Source of the DNA: Anthoceros angustus
Lineage: Eukaryota; Plantae; Anthocerotophyta
DNA length: 64,000 nt
Assembly (NCBI GenBank): GCA_010909165.1
Contig: VJWM01000144.1
Span: forward strand, 434,001 to 498,000
Direction of reading: 5' to 3'
Of the stretch, positions 24,367 through 36,865 are shown in pieces (position 1 is the first letter of the stretch; the number at the start of each line of letters is the position of its first letter). The notes under the pieces are model-generated. The model was not told where the DNA came from. It did no database searches and was given only the letters and a program-made list of their open reading frames with translations. Both the position numbers and the translations under genes were made by a program.

Positions 24367-26146
24367 GATTTATAGCCCACTATTTGACACATACAAGTTA
24401 TTTTGGCTAGAACTTGTATTATATTTATTCAACATGACATTATAAAACTGTATAAATTCATGAATTAAAAAATAATGATAAAAATATCAAAAAATATTGC
24501 TACAGATATCACATTTTTTGACAAAATGGAACAAGCTGTCGAAAGGGAGTAAGGTTCATAATATTGTGTGAATAGTTTATAAAGATACATAAAATAAAAT
24601 AATATACAAAAGAATAGATGTCAACAAAGTAACATTTTTCTTCACCAAGAGAATATCTTGAGAATTTAAAATTCTTAGCTCCATGTAAGAATATCTATTC
24701 TATCAAAAAAATAAAAGAATATTTAGAAATTTTCGTAGAATTAAACTTTAATACTTCTAGTAAGTCAATGCTCATTGTTTTTGTAGAATTGAATTCAAAG
24801 TTTGTGTAATCATAAAATGAAGTTATAAAATCCTGCAAAGTTTGCAGATTCTCCCAATAACTACCTTCTGCCTTAATTAATGCATTGCAAAACATTCTGC
24901 CTTAGTTAATACATTGCAAAATATTCTGCCTTAATTAATACATTGCATGATCTTGTGTGTAAGGTTTCAAAACTCTTGTATTGTACGGGTGTCAACTTAC
25001 TGCTTTCTATGCGCAAGGACTCCTGAAAATGTAAACGGTTTTCCATTAATCTAACAACCCGCTGGTGTAATTTGCCTGCTAGCTGAACATGCCCGAGCCG
25101 GGTATACGGGATTCGCGCACAGCGTTTGTTAAAAAGGGTTAAACCTATATCATATAGGAGCTAATCCGGCAGAACGGGCGTGCGGTGAGAGCGATCCACA
25201 ACCAGCCAACCACATAATCGGCAACGGGGATGCAGGAATGAGCACACGACCTTGAGGACTACCGCATCTTCGTCGAGCTGTAAAAGCAAAAACAACAGAT
25301 GACCCAAGCCAGTAATTCTACATGTCAAGAAGGGAACCCGTTACCTGCAAACCTATGAGCATAGTTAATGTGACCTCCGATATATACCAAACCCTTTTAA
25401 GAGAGTCAAACTAACAAACACACAAGGAGATCCGGGTCAGGGATCAGAGACAGGGATCGCACATTGCTGGCCTTCAGATTGAAAACTTCCTGTTACATCA
25501 CAGGCACGCGCGGCAACCCAGAGGCTACCAAGCGCTAGCTATGTTCAGCTCCTTGTGCGTTGGGTCTTATCATCCACATTTGCCATATCTGTGCAGATCC
25601 ACTGTCTCTGATCTACAAATGCAGATCTTAAGCAACATCCTCGTGATCAATTTCGGCATGAAGGACGCATTCTTCATTAAACACAGCTCATGTACAAGCC
25701 CTGCTGGATAACTCACATTGCAGCGGGCTTGACCTATAAGGTCCACAGCCCCAAAATTCCACGCTTCTTTTGGGTCCATCCACCCTGGGCCAGCGTTGGG
25801 AAGAATGTTGCTGTCACCTTCTTCTGGCATGGCCGATGTCCAGCCGAACACCTGGCCATAGCAAAGCCTAAATAAGAAGAGTGAAGAAACCTGAAGTTCT
25901 GACAAACCCATTGCCAGCAGCTTCCTCTCTGCCTACCAACACGCTGGATGTTGCTAAGATCAGACACAAAACTGCCTAACATACGGTAGGCAAGAATAAA
26001 GAGTCCGGAAGTGCTGCACCGCACGCCCTAGAAAACATCCCCACCTGCTCACAGAGTAACAGCTTTCACATGGAGAATCTGAGCTTCCTTGGAGGCGTCC
26101 GACGGCCTCAAGGTGTCGGAGGAAGAAACACTTAGGTCACACGACA

Positions 26147-26767
26147 TCATCCTGTTTTCTCATCGGGCTTCTCCGCAGCATCCACCATGACTTCATCAGC
26201 TGCCTTCTCTACCGGCGGCTCCGGTGCTTCCACCTTGGGAGCCGCCTTCGTAGGTTGGGCCTTGGAGGAAGCCGCAATTGGACCAACTTTTTTAGCCTCC
26301 TGCCTCTCCTTTTGCTTCACCTTCTGGAAATCCAGCAGCCGCAACTTCGGCAGCTTCTGCACCAAGAACAACCGATAATTCGGTTTCTTGGTCACAATGT
26401 TGTCCAGCAAGCTCAGCATCTGCAGGTTAGGTAGCGCCGACAGCGGCTCCAGGTCCGACAAGTTCAGGAGCCTGTTATTGGTCAGCACCAGCGTCTGTAA
26501 CCGGGGCAAGGACGCTCCAAGATTGACGTGCACCCTAGTGATCCTGTTGTTGCTCGCTAGCAGCGTGGTGAGGCGGCGCAAATAGGGAAACCCTTCCAGC
26601 TTCACAATCTCGTTGTCTGACAAATCGATGCTGTCATACTGGTCGTCTGTGGCCCCGAGGTTCTCCACCGCCGCAATCTTGTTGCCTCTGAGATCCAGCT
26701 CCCGTTCCCGCACTACATTGAAGTATTGCGGAGACCGCAGGATGAGGTCCGCTGTGATCCTCACCAT
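26147..26767 (-). CDS. SNRPA1: U2 snRNP protein A' (LRR + LRRcap), intronless ORF
   Basis: MVRITADLILRSPQYFN..RELDLRGNKI..ENLGAT.DQYDSIDLSDNEI..NYRLF..KLPKLRLLDFQKVK. Confidence 0.93.
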   Translation of the reverse strand: MVRITADLILRSPQYFNVVRERELDLRGNKIAAVENLGATDDQYDSIDLSDNEIVKLEGFPYLRRLTTLLASNNRITRVHVNLGASLPRLQTLVLTNNRLLNLSDLEPLSALPNLQMLSLLDNIVTKKPNYRLFLVQKLPKLRLLDFQKVKQKERQEAKKVGPIAASSKAQPTKAAPKVEAPEPPVEKAADEVMVDAAEKPDEKTG

Positions 26768-26941
26768 CGCCGCTCACAAATCAAGCAAGAGCCGAGACGC
26801 ACACAAGTTCGGGGAGTCTCGACTCATTAGGGTTCAAGTTTCGAACTAAAACGACTGTGTCACTGAAGCCCTATTCCCGCTCTCCTCGTTTCAACGTCGT
26901 TTTTCATCGAGTCCAGGCGGGTGAGCTCAGTTGTCCTAGCC

Positions 26942-27666
26942 ATGGCGGTAAGTGCTTTCTTCCATGCTCTGTGCTTTCGTCCTTCTATGGACCTTGTTTC
27001 TCTGCTTTGGCTTCTCTCGTTTGCTTGATGGCGTCGCGACATTACCCTTTCAGCTACTTGCCGGGATGAAGCTTGATTCTTCCTTTCCTGGCTTTGCAGA
27101 CTGTGCCTGTCAATCCAAAGCCTTTTCTGAATGACTTGACTGGTAAACCGGTGATTGTAAAGTTGAAGTGGGGCATGGAGTACAAAGGTACAAATTGTTT
27201 AGAGGTTGTTGATTTAGCCGGTGTTTCTGCTCAGCTTAAACCGTCGCTGTAGGGAACTCTCCTATTCCAGGTTTTCATCCCGGCTAACTTATGGCCATGC
27301 TTGGCAGGGTACTTGGTGTCGGTGGATTCCTACATGAACCTGCAGGTGAATGCTGAACCTTACTCCGTTTCATGATTGTGCTTAAGCAGCGCCAGAGGTC
27401 TCGAGCTGAATTTTCTGAACAGTGTCTCTGTTCTCATCATGTAGCTGGCCAGCACTGAAGAGTTCATTGATGGTCAGTTCTCCGGGAACCTTGGGGAAGT
27501 CTTAATCAGGTGGGGTTTCGGCAACCTAATGGTTCTCTGTGGGGATATCCTTCATTTCCCCCGAGACTGATCTTTTTCTTTTTGCATGCTGCGCAGGTGT
27601 AATAATGTTCTCTACTTGCGGGGGGTTCCTGAAGACGACGATGCCGAACCTGTGGACGAAGATTGA
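26942..27666 (+). CDS. SmF: Spliceosomal Sm protein F, 5 exons
   Basis: Spliced [88 protein letters not shown]. Confidence 0.95.
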
Positions 27667-28200
27667 CGAGAAGGAGAAGATTGACAAGAAGATAGAGAAG
27701 AATAAGATCGATTAGCTTTTTCACATCGTGTACCATAATGTGCGTTCAGCATTAAAGCATAAACAGACAGATTCGGTAGGTCTGACACCTCAAATGTGCA
27801 TCAGGCGCCTCAGACTTCCAGAGTGTTAATTTTGTGAAGTGGACGGACAACAAGCTCGCAAGGTGTCCAAATGGCTGGTTACCATGTATGTATGATTCTG
27901 TCCACAAAGGTCTATTGAAACGTGGTGTTAGTAGTACACATCGAACCTACCGGCCAAGACTTTAGGGTTGGATCTCAAAGCCTCTGTGTTTTCTTGTTCC
28001 TGTTCGGATTGCATCGCACTGATTCCATCGGACTTCTGCCGGACTTCAGCCACCTCGTCAGCTCGCAAGGTAATTGCATCAGTGGTTTGGTTTGTTTGGC
28101 TGACGTCTGAGGATGAGCATCAATTGAGGTCGTGGCAAACAAGGAGTTGTCTCAAATGGTGTTCTTCACGTTTGTGTTCCCAGGTCATGTCGTAGACGCC

Positions 28201-29253
28201 ATGTTGCAGCGGCACTTTAGGATGGGGTTTGCCGGAGTATGGAGTCTTGTGCTTTGTACACTCTTGGTGACGCAATGCATGCCTGCAAGATCTGAGAGCA
28301 ACGGGGACAAGATCAAGGAGCTCTTGAACCTGCAAGAAGCGGCTGCAGATGGAGTGATCACGCTTGACGACAACAGCCTGAAGCGGTTTGCTCTGCAGTC
28401 CGGAGGAAGGCCGTACTCGCTGGTGGTTTTTTTTGACGCCGTGCAGATGCATGACAGACCAGGGCTGAAGCTTCAGGAGCTCCGTCGGGAGTTTGGCCTG
28501 GCAGCGACAGCCTACATCAAGCACAATCAGGGGAAGGAAGCGGCTACCAAGGTCTTCTTTGTGGAATTGGAGGTAGGGCGGGCGCAGGTGTCATTCACTC
28601 TGTTTGGCGTGAATTCCCTGCCGATGATCCGGCACCTTGGCCCCGGGAAGGGAAATCTGAAGGAGAGCCAGCCTCTGAGCGCGGCCTCGCTATCGGAGCG
28701 GGCGGCAGAGGGGATTGCAGCTTTCGTCGAGGAGAGGACTAACCAGAAAGTCGGGCCGATAGAGCGTCCTCCTCTGATCAGCAGGCAGCAGATGGTGGTG
28801 ATGGCCGGCGGCCTGGCTCTGGCTGCTCCCTTCGTCGTCAAGTGGCTCATGGCCGGGAATACTCCCTTCCATGAGAAACAGATGTGGTGTACTCTGGCCG
28901 TGATCATTTACTTCTTCAGCGTCTCGGGTGGCATGTTTAACATCATCCGGGGCACTCCCTTCTTCATGACGGACCGCAACAATCCGGGCAAGTTCACGTT
29001 CTTCTACCAGCAGTCAGGCATGCAGCTTGGAGCTGAGGGCTTCGTGGTCGGCTTCCTGTACACAATCGTCGGCATCGTCCTGGCCCTGTTCTCTCACTTC
29101 TTGGTGAAGATCCCGTCCACCACAGCTCAGAGACTAGTGATGGTCATAGGCATGGCTATAAGCGTCTTCGCAGTGCGCAAGGTGGTGCTTCTCGACAACT
29201 GGAAGACTGGCTACTCGGTCTTCGCATACTGGCCGCACAAGTGGAGGGGGTGA
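28201..29253 (+). CDS. OST3/6: Oligosaccharyltransferase subunit OST3/OST6, intronless (start may be 28222)
   Basis: Signal peptide, thioredoxin-like lumenal domain (RPYSLVVFFDA), and TM region with FSVSGGMFNIIRG, FFYQQSGMQLGAEGF and LDNWKTGY. Confidence 0.93.
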   Translation: MLQRHFRMGFAGVWSLVLCTLLVTQCMPARSESNGDKIKELLNLQEAAADGVITLDDNSLKRFALQSGGRPYSLVVFFDAVQMHDRPGLKLQELRREFGLAATAYIKHNQGKEAATKVFFVELEVGRAQVSFTLFGVNSLPMIRHLGPGKGNLKESQPLSAASLSERAAEGIAAFVEERTNQKVGPIERPPLISRQQMVVMAGGLALAAPFVVKWLMAGNTPFHEKQMWCTLAVIIYFFSVSGGMFNIIRGTPFFMTDRNNPGKFTFFYQQSGMQLGAEGFVVGFLYTIVGIVLALFSHFLVKIPSTTAQRLVMVIGMAISVFAVRKVVLLDNWKTGYSVFAYWPHKWRG

Positions 29254-29494
29254 AGAGGTGCTTGTCCTGAAGACGACGGCTACGTTTAGAGATGGCACAG
29301 ACGTAGGTAGCGCTCAGGACCCCATTACGAGCCAATGTGGTGCCTTGCCAAACACTTTTATGTAAAGTGACTTGTTGGTGAGTTCCTTCAATTGTTCCTC
29401 GTGTCATGTGCTGTGCGAAGCATCTCAGCTCCTGCAGAATGTGACCATGCGATTGGAGTGTGGTAATTACAGTCGTCAGTAGAGATGAAGAATT

Positions 29495-31337
29495 TCATGT
29501 TCGAAAGGCTGGTGAATGGCGGGGGCTGCTCTTTATGACTTCCACAATCACCTCCATCTTCATTCCCCGGCTGCCCTTGACCAGTATCACGTCCCCAGGT
29601 GCAGCATCCAGCCTGTCCACAACCTCCAAGGCGAGGTCTGCAGCGGTGGCCCATGCAAACACCTGACACGACTGGTGCAACAGATTCAAAGCTTCTGCAG
29701 CAGCTCGGAACGCAGAACCAACAAGACACAAAACATCCACTTTGGTCTCTTGCACTGCCATCTCAACAATGCGAGTGTGGGCGGAAGGTGAGTCTTTTCC
29801 CAGCTCCTGCATGTCCCCTAGAATCGCAATCCTGCGTCCGATTCGATAAGGCACATCCACCGAGTGCAGCATTCTTAATGCGTTAACCATGCTCATTGGG
29901 TTGGCGTTGTAGGCATCGTTTATGATCACCACTCCCGTCTCCTCTGACTCAAGCCTGGATCTCATCCCCACAGGAGAGTACTTGGAGCTTATGGACTCCA
30001 CTGCAGCAGCCAGCGGCACACCCAAACTGGTCGCCACAGCAGCAGCAGCACAAGCGTTGATGGCCAGGTGCGGACCAGGACTGAAAATCTCCATCTCCAC
30101 TCTTGATATCAGCTTGTTGTCACCATAACCGTAATGTTCCAGCACGACCCTAGACCCGAACCCTCCTCTGGTAGCCTCTGTACTAACCAGCCGCAGATGG
30201 CATCCTTCCTTCCTCCCAAACAACACCTGCAAGCCACGATCCCAGCAGCTCAGAAAACCAGCGCCACATCCTTCCCCCCTCTCCCTCAAACCACCCATCC
30301 ATCCATCCATCCAGCAATCACCAAAACCTACCCTTGTCACCCCCTCAGGCACCGGCAGCGCCATCACCAAGGGGTCATCCGCATTCAGCACACACACATC
30401 CCCCGCCCCCGCCTCCCGCATTATCTCCCCCTTAGCCTCAGCCACATCCTGCAGGCACCCGAAGTTCTCCAGATGCGCAGGCCCGACATTGAGCAGCACC
30501 CGGACAGAGGGCCGGGCGATCCTGGCCAACTCCAGGATCTCCAAGCTGTGGTTCATCCCGAGCTCCAGCACGCAGGCCTGGGAGCAGGCGGGCATCTTGA
30601 GCAAGGTGAGTGGAACCCCGATCCTGTTGTTCAAATTCCCCTCCGTCTGATGCACATGCCCCAGGCTCTCCAGCGCCAGCGCCGTCATGGCCCGGGCCGT
30701 GGTCTTCCCCACGCTCCCCGTGATCCCCACCACGGGCCCCCTGAACCTCTTCCTCACGCTGCCCCTAGCCGGTGCAGCGCTTTCACTGTGTCCCCTCCAC
30801 CTCCACCAGCCCCAGCCCCAGCTGCTCCCAACTCCTCCCGCCCTGCCGCGCTCCCCACCACCCCACCACATCCCCTGGCCACAGCCTCCGGGACCCAGTC
30901 GTGCCCGTCGTGGTTGCTCCCCAGCAGCGCCAGGAACCAGTCCCCGGGCGGAGCTTGCGCGTGTCCGTACAGATGCTCCCGGGGCCTTCCCGCACCAGCC
31001 TGCCCTCAGCCGCCGCAGCGATCTCCGCCGCCCGCCACACCACCCCGCCCGGCCCGTCCTCCCAGACCTGCCCGCCGCCTGCAGAAGCCGCTGCCCCTGC
31101 CCCTGCCCCTGCCGCGCGCCATCCCCTGCCCACCCAGGCCTTCCCCGACCCCGGCTGCATCCCGGGATCCCTCCCGCCCGGGTGGCCGGGGCGGGATCCT
31201 CGCCGGCAGCGGACTTCCCGCCAATCGACAAGGCAGCGGCAGCCGCCGCCATGGGGTTCGGGGCTGCCGCCCGGCGCGCTATGCAGGCCGGGTTTGGCGG
31301 AACGGAGGCTCATCTTCCCCTTCGAATAGCATAGCAT
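29495..31337 (-). CDS. murF: Plastid UDP-MurNAc-tripeptide:D-Ala-D-Ala ligase; one ~100-bp intron (~30229-30330); 5' part has apparent frameshifts in G/C runs
   Basis: SICTDTRKL, GPVVGITGSVGKTT, GNLNNRIGVPLTL, ELGMNH, AHLENF..AKGEI, INDAYNANPMSM, ILGDMQELG and KGSRGMKME. Confidence 0.92.
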
Positions 31338-31399
31338 GTTGCTGATCTGCAACTCGCGGTCTGGTCTTGCAAGTTTTTTATTGAACCCTGCACAGGAGT

Positions 31400-32922
31400 G
31401 GAAGAGGAGAGCTGCATTGAGCAAGATGGGATGGAGGAAGCTGTCAACGTTTCTAAGGCGCACAACAACAAGCGTGGTGGAGATGGGAGGGGAGCCGCAG
31501 TATGTGATGGTTATTCATGCCGGAGACTCTGATCGGTAATATCTGTAGATCTTTGTGATGCATATGCTGGTTGATGTCCGAGACCCAAGGATCGAGACTG
31601 CTGAGATGATGTCCGAGGATCGAGGACTCTCGTCATGTCGGAAGGCTATATATGTGCTGCCCGGGGCTCTATCTTTGTGTCATAAGTGTCAATTGGAGTC
31701 TGATCCCTTGACAGGTCGAGAAGGCACCATCACTCGAAGGTCTTCTGCAGGATTCCAACAAAGCAAGGGAAAGGAGTTGGCAAGTCTGCATCTAGGAGTG
31801 GAGAACAAAGGTGAGGCCCATATGGCGTTCGAGATAACCATGGCGGACGAGACTTTGATTGTGAATCAATTCATCCTTCCGGAAGAGTACACAGCACGAC
31901 TGGATGATTTGTTTACTGGTATACACGTCACCTTTGTACTTGCTGTCTGGTGTCCTGATACCAGGCTGCACCTTCTTACAAGGTAGAACCTTGCTCACCG
32001 TTGTGTCTACCAACTGTATCTCATGTCCGGGTCCTGCTGGATGGATTGTTCTTTCAGCCTTTTCGGAGTATATGCAAAAATCAGGAGCAGGACTGATGGA
32101 TCCTTCCAATGTAGAGGACATCACGGAGATGATTGCTGAATGTAAAGGGATCTCTCTTCCCAATGTTGTTCCCACACAGCAGGTCTTCCAGAACCTGGTG
32201 AAAAGGCAGGTCGATCGGATTGCCGATGCCTGTCATACGCTTGTCCAGGAGGCACACTCGTACTCAGCTCACGTGCAAATGCAGGTAAGCACTGTTCAGT
32301 GGACTTTAGTGCACAACAGTACATGCTGTGCAGTGGGCACCATATGAGGTTTCATCACATTTGATTTGGGTTGCCATTTCAGGTGATCGGAACCTGGACA
32401 GTTGGCTATCCGTTCTTGAAGTTGACCACCGAGGTTGCATTTCGGAACGCTGAAAGCCGCCGCGACTGTGACAGGTTTGTGGAGAGGATGCTAGCCAAGG
32501 AGCAAGCTATCATCTTCACCAAGAACAGCTTGTACATGAACTTGGTGAAAGCTGAGGTCATGGAGCAAGCAGAAGCAGAGTCAGGGGAGGGAGATGAATT
32601 TGGCTTTGATCTCACAGAAGTGCAAGGAAAGAAGACATCAAGTGGCTTCCAGGTTAGATTGAAGCCACAGCCTGTGTCTGAGCAACACATTATCCACTAA
32701 ATATTGCTAGTGTCGCAACAAGAAAATAGTTGGTTACAATTTTGATGTGACAATGTGAAACAGCCGTGTGGGCTCTTGCAGACAGCGAGGGACATGAAGG
32801 TTTCTCTGTCGGCCTATTGGGCGGTAGTAAGCAGCAGAATTTCTGACATGCTTCCCCAGGAAATAAAATACTCTTTGACGGAGGTTCTGGTGGATGGTAT
32901 GCACGAGCGTCCCCTACTCTAA
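31400..32922 (+). pseudogene. Mx/DRP4-like dynamin stalk+GED gene lacking the GTPase domain, copy A
   Basis: EYTARLDDLF, KGISLPNVVP..VFQNLVKRQVDRIADAC, ERMLAKEQAIIFTKN and MKVSLSAYWAVVSSRISDML. Spliced, with an early TAA relative to the other copies. Confidence 0.7.
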
Positions 32923-33949
32923 GCGGAGACTGTCTCCACCCCCTAGTTTCAGCATCTTGAGCCAATCTAGATCTACTGTACAAACATGAGACTCTAGATA
33001 GAGAAGCTTGAGTAGGAGCTGAATACACCCTAGCTACCTAGCAAGTCCATGGAAACTTGAGCATCTCCAATGACGTATTTCAAAATGAACAATTTTGCAG
33101 CCCGTGGTATGTGGAACACGACTTGGAATTTTGCAATAAAGTTGTAGCCGTTTCTGTTGGTCGAGATGATGCGACCTGTCTCTGGAGGTGATGCATCACC
33201 CAGAATATGATTATAGGAAGATTTGTTTTGTATTCCAAATGTAAATTCAAATCACAGCACGAAAGCACAATGTTGCATTAACCAAATTCGGATGCGACGG
33301 ATGTGAATGTGGAGACACATGTGTTTGTTATTGAGTTTATAAGCATCGATCTGAGTTCACGGAGTTCAGTGTACGCTTACGATTTTGAGAATCCTTTATC
33401 AGCTTCATTCTGAGATTTCGCCTTGCATAATCAACATCAAGCTTTGCACTGCTGAAGCAGAGGTGTACACAAAGTGAGTGTCATGTCCTGCGCATGAGCA
33501 GGATGCTTTTGTGGCATGCTGCAGGATATGAGCAGGATGCTTGCGGCATGCTTGTGGTATGCTTCTGTAAAAGCTGGTTGCCCCCACCAAGACAGTCATA
33601 GCAATTCTATGTGCTGACGCCGTAGGTATGGAAACATTTCACCTTGACCTAAAAGCAGCAGAAGGAGACTGTGACAGCAATTATGCTACCCCGGATGCTG
33701 CAGTAGACAAGACTTTTGCGACAGGCAAGCCAACTGACTTTAGCCACAGCTTCCTGAGGCAAGAGAAGAGGCTCCTAAACAAGCCGAGAAGGCATAAATA
33801 TGTGCTGCCTCTGCACTCGGCGCTTCAAGGGGGAGTTCCCTTGGACACAAGTCATCTGGGGTGCACTAAGGTTTAGAGTAGGGTTCGAAGGTCAACCCTG
33901 CTCTAAGGTTTTTTTGCAGCTAGAACAAGGCATGGTTGTACCAGATTCG

Positions 33950-34480
33950 ATGTTTGTCCTCTCAGGCATGTGCGAGCATGGGTGACCTGGCAGCGTTAGA
34001 GCAGGGCTCGCAGCAGCTTCTTGCTCAAGTGCAGGACACAATGCGAGGCTGTGGCATTGGAGAAGGGAAACGGGCTTCTTGCGATAATCGAAGAACGAGG
34101 ACATGAATCTGACGTGCAAGCTTGTGGCCAACAGTTTTGTGAACATGTATGAAAAGTGCCTCAGTTTGGAGGATGCTCAGAGACTGTTTGACATTCTTGG
34201 CTCAGAGACTGTTTGATATTCTGGTCATTAAAGATGTGGTGGCGTGGAATGCCATGATAGGGGGGTAATCCCAGCAAGCAAGGGATGGGGCATGCAGGAA
34301 GCCCTGCTTATATGCAGGGCCATATGAGCAGAAGGCTGGGTTTATGCTGTTCAGTCACATTTGTGTGCCTTCTGCAGGCATGTGCAAGTTTGGGCACCAT
34401 GTGCAAGCAGCATCATGGAGAGTGGAAAGAAGCTTCATGCCCAGACTCAGTGTAGGGAGCAAGGACATGAATCTGAACTG
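33950..34480 (+). pseudogene. Degenerate PPR fragment
   Basis: VANSFVNMYEKCLSLEDAQRLFD..KDVVAWNAMIGG*, with stops and a small internal duplication. Confidence 0.7.
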
Positions 34481-36023
34481 TACAAAATCCTCTTTCGCTT
34501 TTGCTACCTGGCTTCGTGCATTGCAATTGGTGAGCGACAAGTGCGAGCGTGATTTGAAGTGTGTGTGCAGCATAGCTACTTGGGCGGATCCGGAAGCGCA
34601 GGGAATTTGGCCGGTCATGACTGTTGTCATTGGTTGCCGGCTTTGTGCATTGTTGATGTTCAACTGCGTGCACTGCACTGTTGGCAACTGGCAGCACGTG
34701 ACCTCTGACGATGATGAGAAACCTGTGTTGGGTGGGGCAGGGGACGGGGACGGGGACGCTATCAGATCCGTGGGGAGAGTGCCATGTCAGAATTTGTTGG
34801 GAAGCTAGGCCTAGGTGGGAGATCTGGAGTCAGATCGTGGCAGCAAGTCTGGTGGGCGTACAAGGTCATATTCATGTGCGCTTGTAACCCAGGGACTAGA
34901 TGAGCGGTGGAGTGAAGGAAAATAGCACACGGTGTCCCAGCATTCGGAGCCGGTGTATGAGCTGGTGGGATGGTAGAGTACGTAACCTCTTCTGCGCTTG
35001 CACTCATAGGTACGTTGTCAGGAAGGCATTTGTGACTTGCCATGAGGTGTTGTGATCATGCCAGTGCTGGCTCAGTAAGCATTAATGTTTCTGCCCATGG
35101 ATCCGGAGGCATCGATGGTTTTGAGCATGCGAGGATGAGTGTTGTGATGACTTGCTTGGTGCGTCGCTGATCATGAGCTGCAAGTGGTGAGTGACTAGTG
35201 CAGGCCGCGGCAGTGATATCGCTGATAATAGATTCGTGTTCCAAGGGTGCAGGATCGCTTGCCATCCTGTCCTGTAGGCTAACGTCGGAAACGCGTGTGC
35301 GAATTGGGAGGTTGGGATACCGATCCCGAGTCGGACCTGGTAGCTCAGTGGGCCGTTTCAGCAGTGGAGCTTGGCATGGCGAGTTCAAATTCCGGCATTG
35401 CGGGCTGGCAGGATGCGGATGAGGAGCCGCTTCCTGTTGCATTGCAGCAGTTTCTGGCGGAGCTGGGCGCCGGCCCATGGCCAGCTAATGCAGCTTCGGA
35501 TTGTTCATCCAACACTCCGCCACTGCGCACTGATTTTGAAGACGATTCAAATGATGACAGGATCGGGCACTTCTTCAAGTGGTCTGGGACAGGGCCCAGA
35601 CAAATAGCGGCGCTGCTCAGCCATGATTGTTCATGCAGTGGAGTGTATAGAACAGCTGACATTCCTCCTAGCACGCTTCTACACTGCACTTGCCAACACC
35701 AGGGGCTTGAAAGGCATTGTCTGTAGGAAGATAGCTACATCGCGCTCCTGCTGGAGTGAGAGGCATGGAAAATTCTCAACTTCCATCAACTGAAGCTATG
35801 AGACGATCTACAGCGCAGATTCAATTTGTTCACAAGTAGGTAGGGGAGCTCCCGGACCCGAAGCCGCTACGAAACTCACGAGCATTTCGATAGCATTGGC
35901 TAAAGATGCGATGGCGTGTAGGAGAAGCCTTTCCTGGTGGCTGACCTGCCTTTAGCATTCTGAATTGTTGGCAGTCCTTGAATTGAGAGTGTGGGTGTTG
36001 GGGAAGGCAAGCAATGTATCAGG

Positions 36024-36140
36024 CCATGAGGAGCACACAAACAACAGCTTGACGATGATGAGAAGACCATGAGGAGCACACAAACAGCAGATTGACGATG
36101 ATAAGAAGACCATGAGGAGCACACAAACAGCAGATTGACG
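36024..36140. repeat. 43-bp tandem repeat, ~2.7 copies
   Basis: ccatgaggagcacacaaacaRcagMttgacgatgatRagaaga repeated. Confidence 0.9.
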
Positions 36141-36865
36141 AGGGTTAACAGCTGTGTCAATTTCTCATGCAATACTTCACCAAATTGCACACTTGCTCGC
36201 CTTTTTTTAACGCGAATTTGTGTACCCATAGGTCATTTAGATGTAACCTTCCCAGCAGGCAAAATGTTTGAGGAAGCAGATCTGAGCCTTTGATCCGGAT
36301 TTTCATCTGCGAAGGACATGACACTCACTTTGTTGCCCCTATATATTTCCATCTCTGTACACGTCTGCTTCAGCAGTGCTGAAGCACAGGTGTACAGAGA
36401 TGGAAAAAGGGATGACCCTTCAGCTTGATGCTGATTATGGAGACAAAATCTCGAAATGAAGCTGATAAGCGTTCTTAAAATCGCAAGCGTATACTGAATT
36501 CCACGAACTCACATTTATGATTTTAAACTTCAGAACAAACTCATGTGCCTCCACAATCACATCCGTCACATCCCAATTTGGTGAATGCAACGTTGTGCTT
36601 TACTGTAGACTGCGATTTGAATTCACAATTGGAATACAAAACAAATTTTCCCATCATCATATTCTGGGTGATGCATCACCTCTAGAGACAGGTCGGATCA
36701 CCCAGACTGACAGAAACGGCTACAACTCTACTGCTAAATTCCAAATCTTGTTCCACATAGGACGGGTTGCAAAAATTTTCATTTTGAATATGGGTGATTG
36801 CAGATGCTCAAGTTTCCATGGGCTCGCTAGGTAGCTAGGGTGTATTCAGCTGCTACTCTTCTCTA

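Noticed and set aside
25570-25911. 113-aa ORF downstream of U2A'
   Set aside because: No recognisable domain; likely UTR or intergenic.
30740-31250. Programmed frameshifting or pseudogenisation of murF (and of the PPR gene near 14010/14095)
   Set aside because: The indels sit in G/C-rich runs and the rest of each protein is well conserved, so sequencing error is the simpler explanation. This cannot be settled without reads.
30134-31345. 403-aa and other Pro-rich plus-strand ORFs
   Set aside because: Antisense shadows of GC-rich murF.
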